DNA of 32,000 bases from Archaeoglobus fulgidus DSM 4304 (GTDB lineage Archaea; Halobacteriota; Archaeoglobi; Archaeoglobales; Archaeoglobaceae). The stretch lies in the NCBI RefSeq assembly GCF_000008665.1, contig NC_000917.1:780001-812000 (forward strand), read 5' to 3'. The translations under genes were made by a program, and so were the position numbers. Shown here piece after piece: positions 1 to 8,729 of this stretch. Under the pieces are notes generated by a model. It saw only the letters and a list, made by a program, of their open reading frames with translations. It did no database searches and was not told the DNA's origin. How positions within the stretch are numbered: the stretch's first letter is position 1; each line of letters opens with the position of its first letter.

Positions 1-112
1 AATAAGAAAAAGAGGCTAAAAGCTCAAGGATTGAAATCGCAGAGACAAAACCTAAACTGAACCACAAACTTTATATACCGGATAAGTAATTATTTTTCAT
101 TACATAACGGAG

Positions 113-526
113 GTGGTAGCATCGTACGAGATAGAGTTTATCGGGGAAGGAGAAGTTGCAGGCATTTTGAGGGAAGCTCTGAGAACGGATAGCAGGGTTG
201 AGAGCTTCGAGGAGTTCGAAAGAGGGTTCAAGCTGAGGTTGGTTGGTGCGAAAAGGAGGATAACGATAGTCTGCAAGGGAAGCGTTCAAAGCGACGATTG
301 TTTGCTAATCGTGAATGCGAGAAAAATGCCTGAGAACGGAGGAATTGCGTTAAACGCGGATAAAATTGCGGAAAGGTGCGGAAGTAAGCCTGAAATTGCA
401 ATGCTCGGAGCGATAGCAAAGCTGGGAGTTGTGGACCTGAAACGTCTGATGAGCGTGATATACAGAGAAATGGGCTACGGGGACGTGTTAGCGGTCAAAA
501 AGGGGTTTGAGGCGACTAATATTTAA
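113..526 (+). CDS. Small protein resembling a highly reduced 2-oxoacid:ferredoxin oxidoreductase gamma-subunit-like domain; start codon uncertain
   Basis: 137-aa ORF. The C-terminal half (NADKIAERCGSKPEIAMLGAIAKLGVVDLKRLMSVIYREM) resembles the 'N(T)AMLGAFAK' region of POR gamma subunits. TTTATATA box near 70-77 and SD GGAGGTG at 109-115. The only nearby start (GTG 113) overlaps the SD. Confidence 0.55.
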   Translation: MVASYEIEFIGEGEVAGILREALRTDSRVESFEEFERGFKLRLVGAKRRITIVCKGSVQSDDCLLIVNARKMPENGGIALNADKIAERCGSKPEIAMLGAIAKLGVVDLKRLMSVIYREMGYGDVLAVKKGFEATNI

Positions 527-657
527 TTTTATTTTTATTTCATTATGTTTGATACTCGTGCGAACTTAGAGGTTAATGATGCAATTGGTTTTCAGAAACT
601 CCTGCAAGTTTCATTTTTGTGACAATCCTGCCAATCGTCTTTATCACCAAAAAATAC

Positions 658-729
658 CGGGCCCGCCGGGAATTGAACCCGGGTCGGAGGTTCCGGAGAC
701 CTCCAGGATATCCACTACCCCACGGGCCC
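658..729 (-). tRNA. tRNA-Arg(CCG)
   Basis: Minus strand folds as a cloverleaf: acceptor GGGCCCG/CGGGCCC, anticodon stem GAGGU/ACCUC with loop CUCCGGA (anticodon CCG), T arm CCGGG-UUCAAUU-CCCGG, discriminator G. 72 nt without CCA. Confidence 0.93.
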
Positions 730-1308
730 CCAAATTATACCCTCCCTTTCAAGGATGAATTTTGCCCACTTAAGCTTTTTCAGCTTGACAGGGTTATCAG
801 CTTTCTCAAAATCAAAGCCGTAGAGTCTTATTCTCCTCGCCCCGAACTTCTTTGCCAGCAATGCAGCCCTGTCTCCATCTGTGAAGCCACCAAAGTTGTA
901 GATTCTGTCGAAAGGTGTGCTCTGAGTCGTTCCCACAAATCTTTGCACTACTGGAACAACCCTCTTTATCCTTTCCACATTGTCCCCATGAGCGTGCAGA
1001 ACAAGAATGCATCCCCTCTCCTCCAAACTTGCCAAGATTTTCTCATCCTCCTCCATGTCGGTTACATGAATATGCGGAACGAAATTGACCTTGTTTACGG
1101 CCTTTCCTGCCGTAATTACTACCTCCTCTCTGATACTCTCACCCTCATAAGCCCCACCGATTACCGCCACGCTTTTCCCCCTTATGAATTCAAGAACAGA
1201 GCTTTCAAGCAGCCTGTCCCCAGCCAGCTCCTTCATCAGCCTTGCAGCCCTCTCATCCTCTTCCCTGCTGAATCCGAAATCCCTGAGAATTTGCTCGTAA
1301 ATCTCCAT
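715..1308 (-). CDS. mptE: 6-hydroxymethylpterin diphosphokinase MptE-like (DUF115) protein
   Basis: 197-aa ORF with family signatures VTDMEEDEK, VLHAHGDN, GTTQSTP, NFGGFTDGDRA and RLYGFDF. Confidence 0.85.
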   Translation of the reverse strand: MEIYEQILRDFGFSREEDERAARLMKELAGDRLLESSVLEFIRGKSVAVIGGAYEGESIREEVVITAGKAVNKVNFVPHIHVTDMEEDEKILASLEERGCILVLHAHGDNVERIKRVVPVVQRFVGTTQSTPFDRIYNFGGFTDGDRAALLAKKFGARRIRLYGFDFEKADNPVKLKKLKWAKFILEREGIIWGPVG

Positions 1309-1322
1309 CCACTCTTCAAGAT

Positions 1323-2447
1323 TCAGCTTCCCACCTCCAGAATCTCGCTCTCCTCTACCGCTTTCCTTTCAAGTTCCTCAAAACCCTCGTATTTAACGAC
1401 GTCTTCAATTTTCGCCCTTGTCTCGGGATGCTGGGCAACCATGAAGCTGCAGCAGTCCTCGTAGGGAAGAATGGAAATCTCGTAAGTTTCAATTCTCTTT
1501 GCAATGGCAACAATCTCCTCCTTGTCCATTCCTATCAGTGGTGGAAGAACCGCAAGCTTTGAGGCTGAGTAAATGACATTGATGTTGTCGAGCGTCTGGC
1601 TCGCAACCTGAGAGAGGCTGTCTCCCGTGACTACGGCCTTACATCCCTCCTTTTCTGCAATAAGGTTGGCCATTCTCATCATGCTCCTTCTGTAAACAAC
1701 CATCCTCAGCTTGGGCGGAACCCTGTTGATTATCTCAAACTGCACCTCCTTAAACGGCACCATGTAAAGCTTAATTTTTCCTTGGTACTCAGCAAGCTTC
1801 TCAGCAAGCATCCTTATCTTCTCCCTCACCTTTGGGGAGTGCATGGTCTGGTTGAAGAAGTGGACAGCCACCACCTCACAGCCCCTCTTCATCGCCATAA
1901 ATGCAGCAACGGGACTGTCTATCCCTCCTGAAATGAGAGCAACAACTTTTCCGGCAACACCAACCGGCAGGCCACCAATCCCCTCGTACCTCTTCGAGTA
2001 AACGTAAGCCTCCTTTTCGCAGATTTCAATCCAAACTGTTACGTCAGGATTCGTTAAATCGACCTTCTTTCCCGTCTTTTCCACAATGAACGCTCCAACT
2101 TTTCTGTTGACTTCAACGGAGTTCATTGGGAAGTTTTTGTTGCTTCTCGAAGTATCAACCTTGAAGGTTTTGAAGCTTTCGGGCAGCACACTTAAAGCTG
2201 CCTTTTTAATTGATTCAAGGTTGAGTTCGGTTTTAAACCCAACACCAAAATACCTTATTCCTGGAATTTTCGCCATCCTGCTTTCCAGACCTTCTCTGTA
2301 CTCCACCTCTATTCTCCCGTATTTTCTTCTAACCCTCATGCCGGTGGCCCTTTTTATTGCCTCAATCAACTTCCTCTCGAAAAACTCCCTGTTTTTGCCC
2401 TTGATACCAATCTCACCGTAGTGAACCACTGCCACCTTTTCCATCAT
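1323..2447 (-). CDS. thiI: tRNA 4-thiouridine synthesis protein ThiI (THUMP + PP-loop)
   Basis: 374-aa ORF. N-terminal [13 protein letters not shown]-loop [19 protein letters not shown], and [16 protein letters not shown]. Confidence 0.92.
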
Positions 2448-2509
2448 TCAATGTTGTTGAGGCGATATTTAAGCGAAAGGATTATAACTGAGAAGAAACA
2501 TGATTGGGT

Positions 2510-2671
2510 ATGGCAAAGTATCAGTGCACGATTTGCGGATACGTTTACGATGAAGCTGAAGGGGATCCGGAAAGTGACGTTTCTCCAGGTACGAAATGGG
2601 AAGACTTGCCTGATGACTGGGTCTGTCCTGTTTGCGGTGCGACAAAGGACCAGTTCGAGAAAATCGAGTAA
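2510..2671 (+). CDS. Rubredoxin (53 aa)
   Basis: Hand translation [53 protein letters not shown] with two CxxCG motifs. Absent from the supplied ORF track because of its length. Confidence 0.97.
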   Translation: MAKYQCTICGYVYDEAEGDPESDVSPGTKWEDLPDDWVCPVCGATKDQFEKIE

Positions 2672-2739
2672 TTTCTCCTATTTTTAAGCTAATTTATCAA
2701 ACAAAATCGTTAAATATTTTCTCCACAATACTCACTATA

Positions 2740-4137
2740 ATGAACTTAATCATTTCAAACGAGGAATCGCATTACCTTCCGGGCTGGAAAATAATTCTGA
2801 GCATGGAGGAATTCAGCAAAGTTCTGCATTTCAGCATAGAAGAGGCTAAAATCAACCTTGAAATCGACTGGGCTGAAGCTGCTGAACTGAGTGCTGAGAT
2901 AAAGAGGAAAAATCCTGCTTGCAAAGTCGAGTTCTTTGAGTCAGATAAGGGCGAGTTTTCCTTTCTTAAAAGTTTTCTTGAGAGAATAAAGTATCCTGCA
3001 GTGATCGGAAGGTTTGTGGGTGAAGAACCCGTAATTGTCTACGCCAATCAGTCCTTTGTAGACTTGTTCGTCAATAATGGAAGTTTTATTGTGGGCGATT
3101 ACCTCGATAAACTTGTTGTACCACCTGAGAATCATGAAGAGGCCTTAGATTTGAACAGAAGAGTTAAAGAGGGTGAAGTGGTGTTTGTTGAGGTTAAGAG
3201 AGCTACAAAGACTGGAGAGAGATATTTTGAGCTAACCGCCCTCCCCTTTTCCAGAAAGTATGCAGTTGCTATTTACAGAGACATCACAAAGAGAAGAGAG
3301 GCCATGCAGAAAATAGTTGAGTCTGAGAGGAAGTATAGGGGTGTTTTCGACACATCCTTCGAGCCCATGGTCCTTCTCGATGGTAGTTTCAGCATTATTG
3401 AGGTCAATAAGGCTTTTGAAGAGGAGTTTGGTGTAAGTGGTGAAGAGCTTAAAGGGAAAAATATACGGGAAATTCTGGATATCGACCCCTCACTTGAAGA
3501 ATCCGAGATTGAAGCTTTGGTCGGGGGAAGAAGAAAAATAATGGTTTATCGAATAAAAAAGATTAACTCTGAGATTCTGCTCAGCATTAAAGACATTACT
3601 GAGTTTGAGGCAACAAGCAGACTGCTCAGGGCAATTACCTACGCCAACGACCTTATTGTCAGAGTGGATGACAGAGAGGAGCTTTTTGAGCAATCCGTTA
3701 AGCTTCTGGCCGACATAGGCAAGGAAAGCTCCTGCTGGATAGGCATGCTTTCAAATGGAGAAATAACAAAGGTTTACTGCGAGGGTTGCTGCTGTGCAGT
3801 TGAGATTACAACTTATCCAAAATGCTTTGAGGAGGTTCTCAGGAAGAAGAAAGCCATCATTGTCTCTGCAGAGGATAGAGACGAGGACTGCCCCTTTTAC
3901 ACCAAGAAGCCAAGGCTTTGCTGCATCATTGCTCCTCTCATAATAAACGGTGATGTGATAGGCTTTAACGTTCTGCACTCTCCAACTGAGTTCTCTGAGG
4001 AAATGAAGGAGTTTTTTGAGTCCGTAACCAACAACATAGCAATAAAGGCCAAAGCAATTGAAGCCGATAAAGCTAAGAAAATTGCCTTCAAGCAAATTGA
4101 GGACAACATCATCAAGCTTGCGGGGAATCAACAATGA
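2740..4137 (+). CDS. PAS/GAF sensor protein without a kinase domain
   Basis: The track ORF starts at 2632 inside rubredoxin; a more likely start is ATG 2740 (MNLIISNEESHY). PAS-like segments (RFVGEEPVIVYANQSFVDLF; GVFDTSFEPMVLLDGSFSIIEVNKAFEEEFG), then a GAF-like region (SSCWIGMLSNGEITKVYCEGCC). No HATPase motifs. Confidence 0.75.
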   Translation: MNLIISNEESHYLPGWKIILSMEEFSKVLHFSIEEAKINLEIDWAEAAELSAEIKRKNPACKVEFFESDKGEFSFLKSFLERIKYPAVIGRFVGEEPVIVYANQSFVDLFVNNGSFIVGDYLDKLVVPPENHEEALDLNRRVKEGEVVFVEVKRATKTGERYFELTALPFSRKYAVAIYRDITKRREAMQKIVESERKYRGVFDTSFEPMVLLDGSFSIIEVNKAFEEEFGVSGEELKGKNIREILDIDPSLEESEIEALVGGRRKIMVYRIKKINSEILLSIKDITEFEATSRLLRAITYANDLIVRVDDREELFEQSVKLLADIGKESSCWIGMLSNGEITKVYCEGCCCAVEITTYPKCFEEVLRKKKAIIVSAEDRDEDCPFYTKKPRLCCIIAPLIINGDVIGFNVLHSPTEFSEEMKEFFESVTNNIAIKAKAIEADKAKKIAFKQIEDNIIKLAGNQQ

Positions 4138-5441
4138 AGCAGGATGAGCAGGAGATTGAGTGGTATAAGGCATTGGTGGATAATTCGTCCGAAATACTGA
4201 TGATCATCGACGAATATGGAAACATAAAGTACATTTCTCCTTCTGTGAAGGATATTGCGGGATATGACAGTGATTCGCTCATAGGAGTTAATACCTTCAT
4301 TTTTGCCCATCCCGACGAGGTTGACTACATATTTTCCAAACTTCAGTTTTTGCTCGAAAACCCAGGAGTTCCAGAGTTCATCGAGTTCAGGGCTTTGCAT
4401 AAAGACGGGCACTGGGTGGAAGTGGAAGCAATGGGCAAAAACCTCCTTCACACGCCAGTTAAGGGAATTGTAGTTACAATGAGGGACGTGAGCAAAATCA
4501 AAAAGCTCGAAAAAGAGCTTAGAAGGCTGGCAGAGAACGTTCCCTTTGGAATTATTGTTTTGGGTGATGGTGGGATTATATACTCCAACAAAGAGGCCGA
4601 AAGGATTCTCGGATATAGCAGGGAAGATTTTCCGTCTTTGGAGGAAATCTCATCCAAAATTGAAGGAGAGAAAGGCAGCTTCATTTCAAAGATGAAGAGA
4701 AAGGATGGTAAGGAAATCTGGCTCAGTGTGAGATACATTGAGACGGAGTGGATGGGAGAGAAAGCCTACCTTGTAGCCTTCTCAGACATAACCGAAAACC
4801 TGTTACTCCAGAAAAGGCTTGAGAGCAGAACAACACTCCTCAAAACCATCAACAGAATTCTCCGCCACGATTTGATAAACGACTTAACTGCAGCCCTTGG
4901 AATGCTTGAAGTTTACAGGGATTTAAGGGAGGAGAGCCTTCTTTCTACAGTTGAAAGAAGATTGAATGATGCTGTAAAGCTGATAAAGAGGATGAGAGAG
5001 CTTGAAGTTCTCTCTGAAGATGGAAAGGAGCTGAAGGAGATTAGAATCTCCGAAATTGTTGGGGAATTGAGGGGAAAATACGACATTCAGATATCACTTC
5101 AGGGAGATGCTGTGGTGGAGGCTGATGATGCCCTTTTCTCTGTTTTCGACAACCTGATAAGAAATGCTGTCGTCCACGGAAACGCCTCCCTTGTTGAGAT
5201 TAAATGCACTCAGAAAGATGGACTTTGCGAGATAGTGGTTGAGGACGACGGCTCTGGAATTCCTGAGGACAAGCTGCAGAAGGTGTTTGAGAGAGGTGTA
5301 AAATTCGGAAAGGGTGGGGCGATGGGTCTGGGGCTGTTCTTGGTTAAAAAGCTAATTGAAAGGTATGGTGGTAATGTCAGGGCTGAGCCCTCCTCCAAGG
5401 GTGCAAGGTTCGTTATACAGCTTAGGGGTAGAGTTACTTAA
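4134..5441 (+). CDS. PAS-domain histidine kinase
   Basis: 435-aa ORF with two PAS segments, HisKA-like ILRHDLINDLTAALG, and HATPase motifs DNLIRNAVVHG, VEDDGSGIPED and GGAMGLGLFLVKKLIERYGG. ATG overlaps the preceding stop (ATGA). Confidence 0.9.
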   Translation: MKQDEQEIEWYKALVDNSSEILMIIDEYGNIKYISPSVKDIAGYDSDSLIGVNTFIFAHPDEVDYIFSKLQFLLENPGVPEFIEFRALHKDGHWVEVEAMGKNLLHTPVKGIVVTMRDVSKIKKLEKELRRLAENVPFGIIVLGDGGIIYSNKEAERILGYSREDFPSLEEISSKIEGEKGSFISKMKRKDGKEIWLSVRYIETEWMGEKAYLVAFSDITENLLLQKRLESRTTLLKTINRILRHDLINDLTAALGMLEVYRDLREESLLSTVERRLNDAVKLIKRMRELEVLSEDGKELKEIRISEIVGELRGKYDIQISLQGDAVVEADDALFSVFDNLIRNAVVHGNASLVEIKCTQKDGLCEIVVEDDGSGIPEDKLQKVFERGVKFGKGGAMGLGLFLVKKLIERYGGNVRAEPSSKGARFVIQLRGRVT

Positions 5442-5539
5442 TCTGAAAGTAATTGCAATTTTGAGCAAAAAATTTATTAATGATTTTTTGGTTAAATTAG
5501 ATTGGAGGTGATAGCCAAGAGGGGGAAGAAGAGCAGAGG

Positions 5540-6766
5540 CTAATACTGTGTCGTCGGCTCTATTTCGCCGGCGACACTCTTCTTCACCATTTCTTTCGCC
5601 TCTTCTATGCTGTAGTTTCCAAGCAGCCACATGAGCTTTATTAGGGCGACTTCTGGAAGCATGTCCTCTCCCTCTATTACTCCTGCCCTCAGAATGTCCC
5701 TTCCGGTGTCGTAAACTCTATCGCAGACCCTCCCCCAGAGGCACTGGGAGGTCATCACAACAACGGAGTCCTCGCAAACTCTTCTTAGCGTGTCAATCCA
5801 ATCAGTAGAAACGTGGCCCAATCCAGTCCCCTCGATAACAAATCCCCTGTAACCCTTGGAGTGGTAGTATTCGAGGATGTCGCTGCTCAGCCCGGGGAAG
5901 AACTTGATGAGGACTACTTTCCTCTCAAGCCTGTCCGTAAGCTTCAACTCCCTCTCACCCCTGCGGTAACGCCAAGAAAGCCACTCAACGCTGAGCGAGG
6001 GGTAGTCGATTCTGCCTATGGGCTTTGCGTTTACAGACTGAAAGGCATCCCTTCTGGAGGTGTGGTTCTTCCTTACTTTCACACCGCGGTGGACTAAGCA
6101 GTAATCATCACTTGTCGAGCCGTGCATGCAAACCACCACCTCGCCAATGTCCTCTGTTGCTGCCTTCGCAGCACACAGCAAGTTCATCGCAGCATCGCTG
6201 CTGGGCCTGTCGGAGCTTCTCTGGGCACCAACAAAAACCACGGGCTTTGGTGTTGAGAGCATAAATGAAAGCGCAGCAGCGGAGAAGTGCATTGTATCGG
6301 TGCCGTGGGTGATTATTACTCCCTCATGGTCTTTTAAAGCTTTGTAGACGTGCCTTGCAAGCTCAATCCAATTCTCTGGCTTCATATTCTCGCTCAGAAT
6401 GTTGTAAAGCAGCTCGGCATCAACATTGCAGATTTCGGTTAGCTCAGGCACTTCCGAGGCTATTTCCTCCGCTGTGAACTGGCTTGTTACCGCTCCGGTT
6501 CTGTAATCAACCTTGCTGGCTATAGTGCCTCCCGTTGAGATAATCTTGACATCCGGCAATCCCTCCCTCTTAACCAGTTCAGGAAGATGGGGTTCGAAGG
6601 GTTCAACCTCAAGGACTTCGAGAAGCTCGTACTCCTTAAATCCAACATTGTAGCCATTATCAAGCTTCAGGACAAAGTTTCCGGTAAAGGAGGGCATCAC
6701 TATGCCTTCAAAAATCTTTCCCTTTGCCTTTATTCTGACTCTCTTGCCTTCAAGCCTTTCAGACAT
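5540..6766 (-). CDS. gatD: Glutamyl-tRNA(Gln) amidotransferase subunit D (asparaginase-like)
   Basis: Asparaginase motifs IISTGGTIASKVD and ITHGTDTMHFSA, with the GatD N-terminal domain (MSERLEGKRVRIKAKGKIFEGIVMPSF...NGYNVGF). Start revised to ATG at 6766 from the track's 6796. Confidence 0.93.
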   Translation of the reverse strand: MSERLEGKRVRIKAKGKIFEGIVMPSFTGNFVLKLDNGYNVGFKEYELLEVLEVEPFEPHLPELVKREGLPDVKIISTGGTIASKVDYRTGAVTSQFTAEEIASEVPELTEICNVDAELLYNILSENMKPENWIELARHVYKALKDHEGVIITHGTDTMHFSAAALSFMLSTPKPVVFVGAQRSSDRPSSDAAMNLLCAAKAATEDIGEVVVCMHGSTSDDYCLVHRGVKVRKNHTSRRDAFQSVNAKPIGRIDYPSLSVEWLSWRYRRGERELKLTDRLERKVVLIKFFPGLSSDILEYYHSKGYRGFVIEGTGLGHVSTDWIDTLRRVCEDSVVVMTSQCLWGRVCDRVYDTGRDILRAGVIEGEDMLPEVALIKLMWLLGNYSIEEAKEMVKKSVAGEIEPTTQY

Positions 6767-8210
6767 TGATATCCACCCCCAGCTTTTTGGCCTCATCGTA
6801 AAGCATTTTAAGCCCCATTTTAACCTCTCCCCTAAGCTTCCTTAACAAAGTTTTCCTGTCTTTCAGATCGCTTTTCCTCGCTTTTATCATTCTCTCCACC
6901 TCAGCCTTGCTCGTCCCTCCCAGATTTCCCCTGTTCTCCACGACCTTCTCAACGTCCAGAGCTTCAAGCACGTCTTCATCTCTGACGTTTATTTCAACAC
7001 CAAGTTCTTTAGCTGCCGAATTAACATCGGATGCTGTAGGCCTCTCCAGCTCCTTTGCAGCCAACCTCCCAACAATGCGATGCGCCATCCTGAAGGGAAC
7101 GCCGTACTTCATTACGAGCATGTCTGCAAGCTCGGTTGCGGTGGCAAACCCCTTTGAGGCTTTTCTTTCCGTAATCTCAGGGTTGAACTTTATTTTACCC
7201 ATCATTGAGGCAAAAACCTCCACAGCCAAGTGCGTTCTTTTCAGAGATTCGTAGAGCAGGGGATTCATCTCCTGAAAGTCCCTGTTGTAGCTGAAGGGTG
7301 TCGCCTTGTAAATCATCATTGCTGACGTTAAATTCCCCGCAATTTTTCCCGCATTGGCTCTCAAAAGTTCTGCAATGTCAGGATTCTTTTTCTGAGGCAT
7401 GATGGAGGACGTTGACGAAAACTCATCAGGTAAGGTGATGAAGCCGAATTCTGACGAAAACAGGACAATTTCCTCGGCAATTCTGCTGATTGAAAGCATT
7501 GCCTCGGCCGCCACAAAAATGGACTCAATAACGAAGTCCCTCGACGCCACTGCATCCTCGCTGTGCTCAACGACTCCGTCAAATCCCAGCAACCTTGCAG
7601 CGTAGACTCTGTCAAGGCTGTATCCCGTGGACGCGAAGGCAGCGGAACCGAGAGGTGATTTGTTCACTCTCCTGAACGCCTCTATTGCCCTCTCAAAGTC
7701 TCTTGAGAGCATATCGTGATAAGCGAGAAGGTGATGCGACAGCCTCGTTGGCTGCGCATACTGGAGATGCGTGAATCCGGGCATCAGAAAGTGGGACTTC
7801 TCGGCCTTCTTAATCAAAACATCCAGCGCGTTGAGGATTGCCTCTGCGAGATTCAGCAGGTGGTCTCTCGCGAACATTCTCAGGCAGGTTGCAACCTCAT
7901 CGTTTCTGCTCCTTCCCGTGTGCATTTTTGCACCGTGAGGGGTTATCTTCGTCACCTCTGCCTCAATGGCTTCGTGAACGTCTTCGTAGGGCCAATCTTC
8001 CCTAAATCCAGAATCCTTTACCTTTTTCAGAGCCAAAATTATCTCCTTTGCTTCTTCTTCGCTTAAGTAGCCTCCCTTCTTGAGAGTCAGGACGTGGGCA
8101 ACGTCAACGAGAATATCGTACAGGAAGATATTTTTATCGTGCTCGATTGAAGAGGAGAGCTTCAGAGCCTTTGGGTCCATGCCTTTCTTCATCCTGCTTT
8201 CTCTCAGCAT
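6759..8210 (-). CDS. argH: Argininosuccinate lyase
   Basis: 483-aa ORF with MHTGRSRNDEVAT, HLLPGFTHLQ-like (FLMPGFTHLQYAQP) and the fumarase-superfamily signature SSIMPQKKNPD. Confidence 0.95.
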   Translation of the reverse strand: MLRESRMKKGMDPKALKLSSSIEHDKNIFLYDILVDVAHVLTLKKGGYLSEEEAKEIILALKKVKDSGFREDWPYEDVHEAIEAEVTKITPHGAKMHTGRSRNDEVATCLRMFARDHLLNLAEAILNALDVLIKKAEKSHFLMPGFTHLQYAQPTRLSHHLLAYHDMLSRDFERAIEAFRRVNKSPLGSAAFASTGYSLDRVYAARLLGFDGVVEHSEDAVASRDFVIESIFVAAEAMLSISRIAEEIVLFSSEFGFITLPDEFSSTSSIMPQKKNPDIAELLRANAGKIAGNLTSAMMIYKATPFSYNRDFQEMNPLLYESLKRTHLAVEVFASMMGKIKFNPEITERKASKGFATATELADMLVMKYGVPFRMAHRIVGRLAAKELERPTASDVNSAAKELGVEINVRDEDVLEALDVEKVVENRGNLGGTSKAEVERMIKARKSDLKDRKTLLRKLRGEVKMGLKMLYDEAKKLGVDINV

Positions 8211-8281
8211 GCACTCAGTTTGTGCAGAGGTTATTAATTCTTACCGCAAATGTATTTATGTTTTGGAGATGATGGCAGAGC

Positions 8282-8563
8282 ATGAAGTACAGAATAGTCA
8301 GGATAGAGCTTAAAAGTGACGATGAAGTTACGCTTTACCTGAAATCGGCCAGCAGGAAGCCGGGCGTTATGGCCAAAGCCGATTTCAGCGATCCGGTCAA
8401 GGTAATCGAATTCGGACTGCAGATGGGGATGGACCTGGCGAGGAGGATAGAGGAACTCATGCAGTTCGACGCCTTTCTCACCGTTCCCTACGATTACTAC
8501 AGCATGAACGAGTTGAAGGTCGGAGACGTGGTTGAGGTTGAAGTGAGGCTGGCTGAGAGGTAG
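8282..8563 (+). CDS. Small conserved-type protein of unknown function (93 aa)
   Basis: Intact ORF starting [21 protein letters not shown] with upstream TATA-like AT-rich sequence, divergent from argH. Confidence 0.65.
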
Positions 8564-8604
8564 GCGAAAGTGATATATATCTACTCTCTTTAAGTCAATC
8601 CTAA

Positions 8605-8695
8605 GCTCCGGTGGTGTAGCCCGGCCAATCATTCCGGCCTTTCGAGGTTTCGCCGAAGAGAGCCGGCGACCCGGGTTCAAATCCCGGCCGGAGCA
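8605..8695 (+). tRNA. tRNA-Glu(UUC) with a 16-nt intron at 8645-8660
   Basis: Acceptor GCUCCGG (8605-8611)/CCGGAGC (8688-8694), anticodon stem CCGGC/GCCGG, T arm CCGGG-UUCAAAU-CCCGG, A73. Removing 8645-8660 gives a 75-nt tRNA with loop CUUUCGA. Confidence 0.93.
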
Positions 8696-8729
8696 TTATC
8701 CTTTTGTGCTTGGAAACTCACACAAAAAA

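Noticed and set aside
619-1464. 281-aa plus-strand ORF and 576-758 ORF across the tRNA-Arg/mptE region
   Set aside because: They are antisense to the recognisable MptE gene and tRNA, with no family resemblance.
5352-5630. 92-aa plus ORF covering the gatD 3' end
   Set aside because: It overlaps the ends of two clear genes and has no plausible family or initiation signal at its listed start.
8605-8695. 91-nt length suggested a type II tRNA (Ser/Leu) with a long variable arm
   Set aside because: The D, T and acceptor arms plus the distant CCGGC/GCCGG pairing fit only a type I tRNA-Glu with a 16-nt intron; the variable region is 4 nt.
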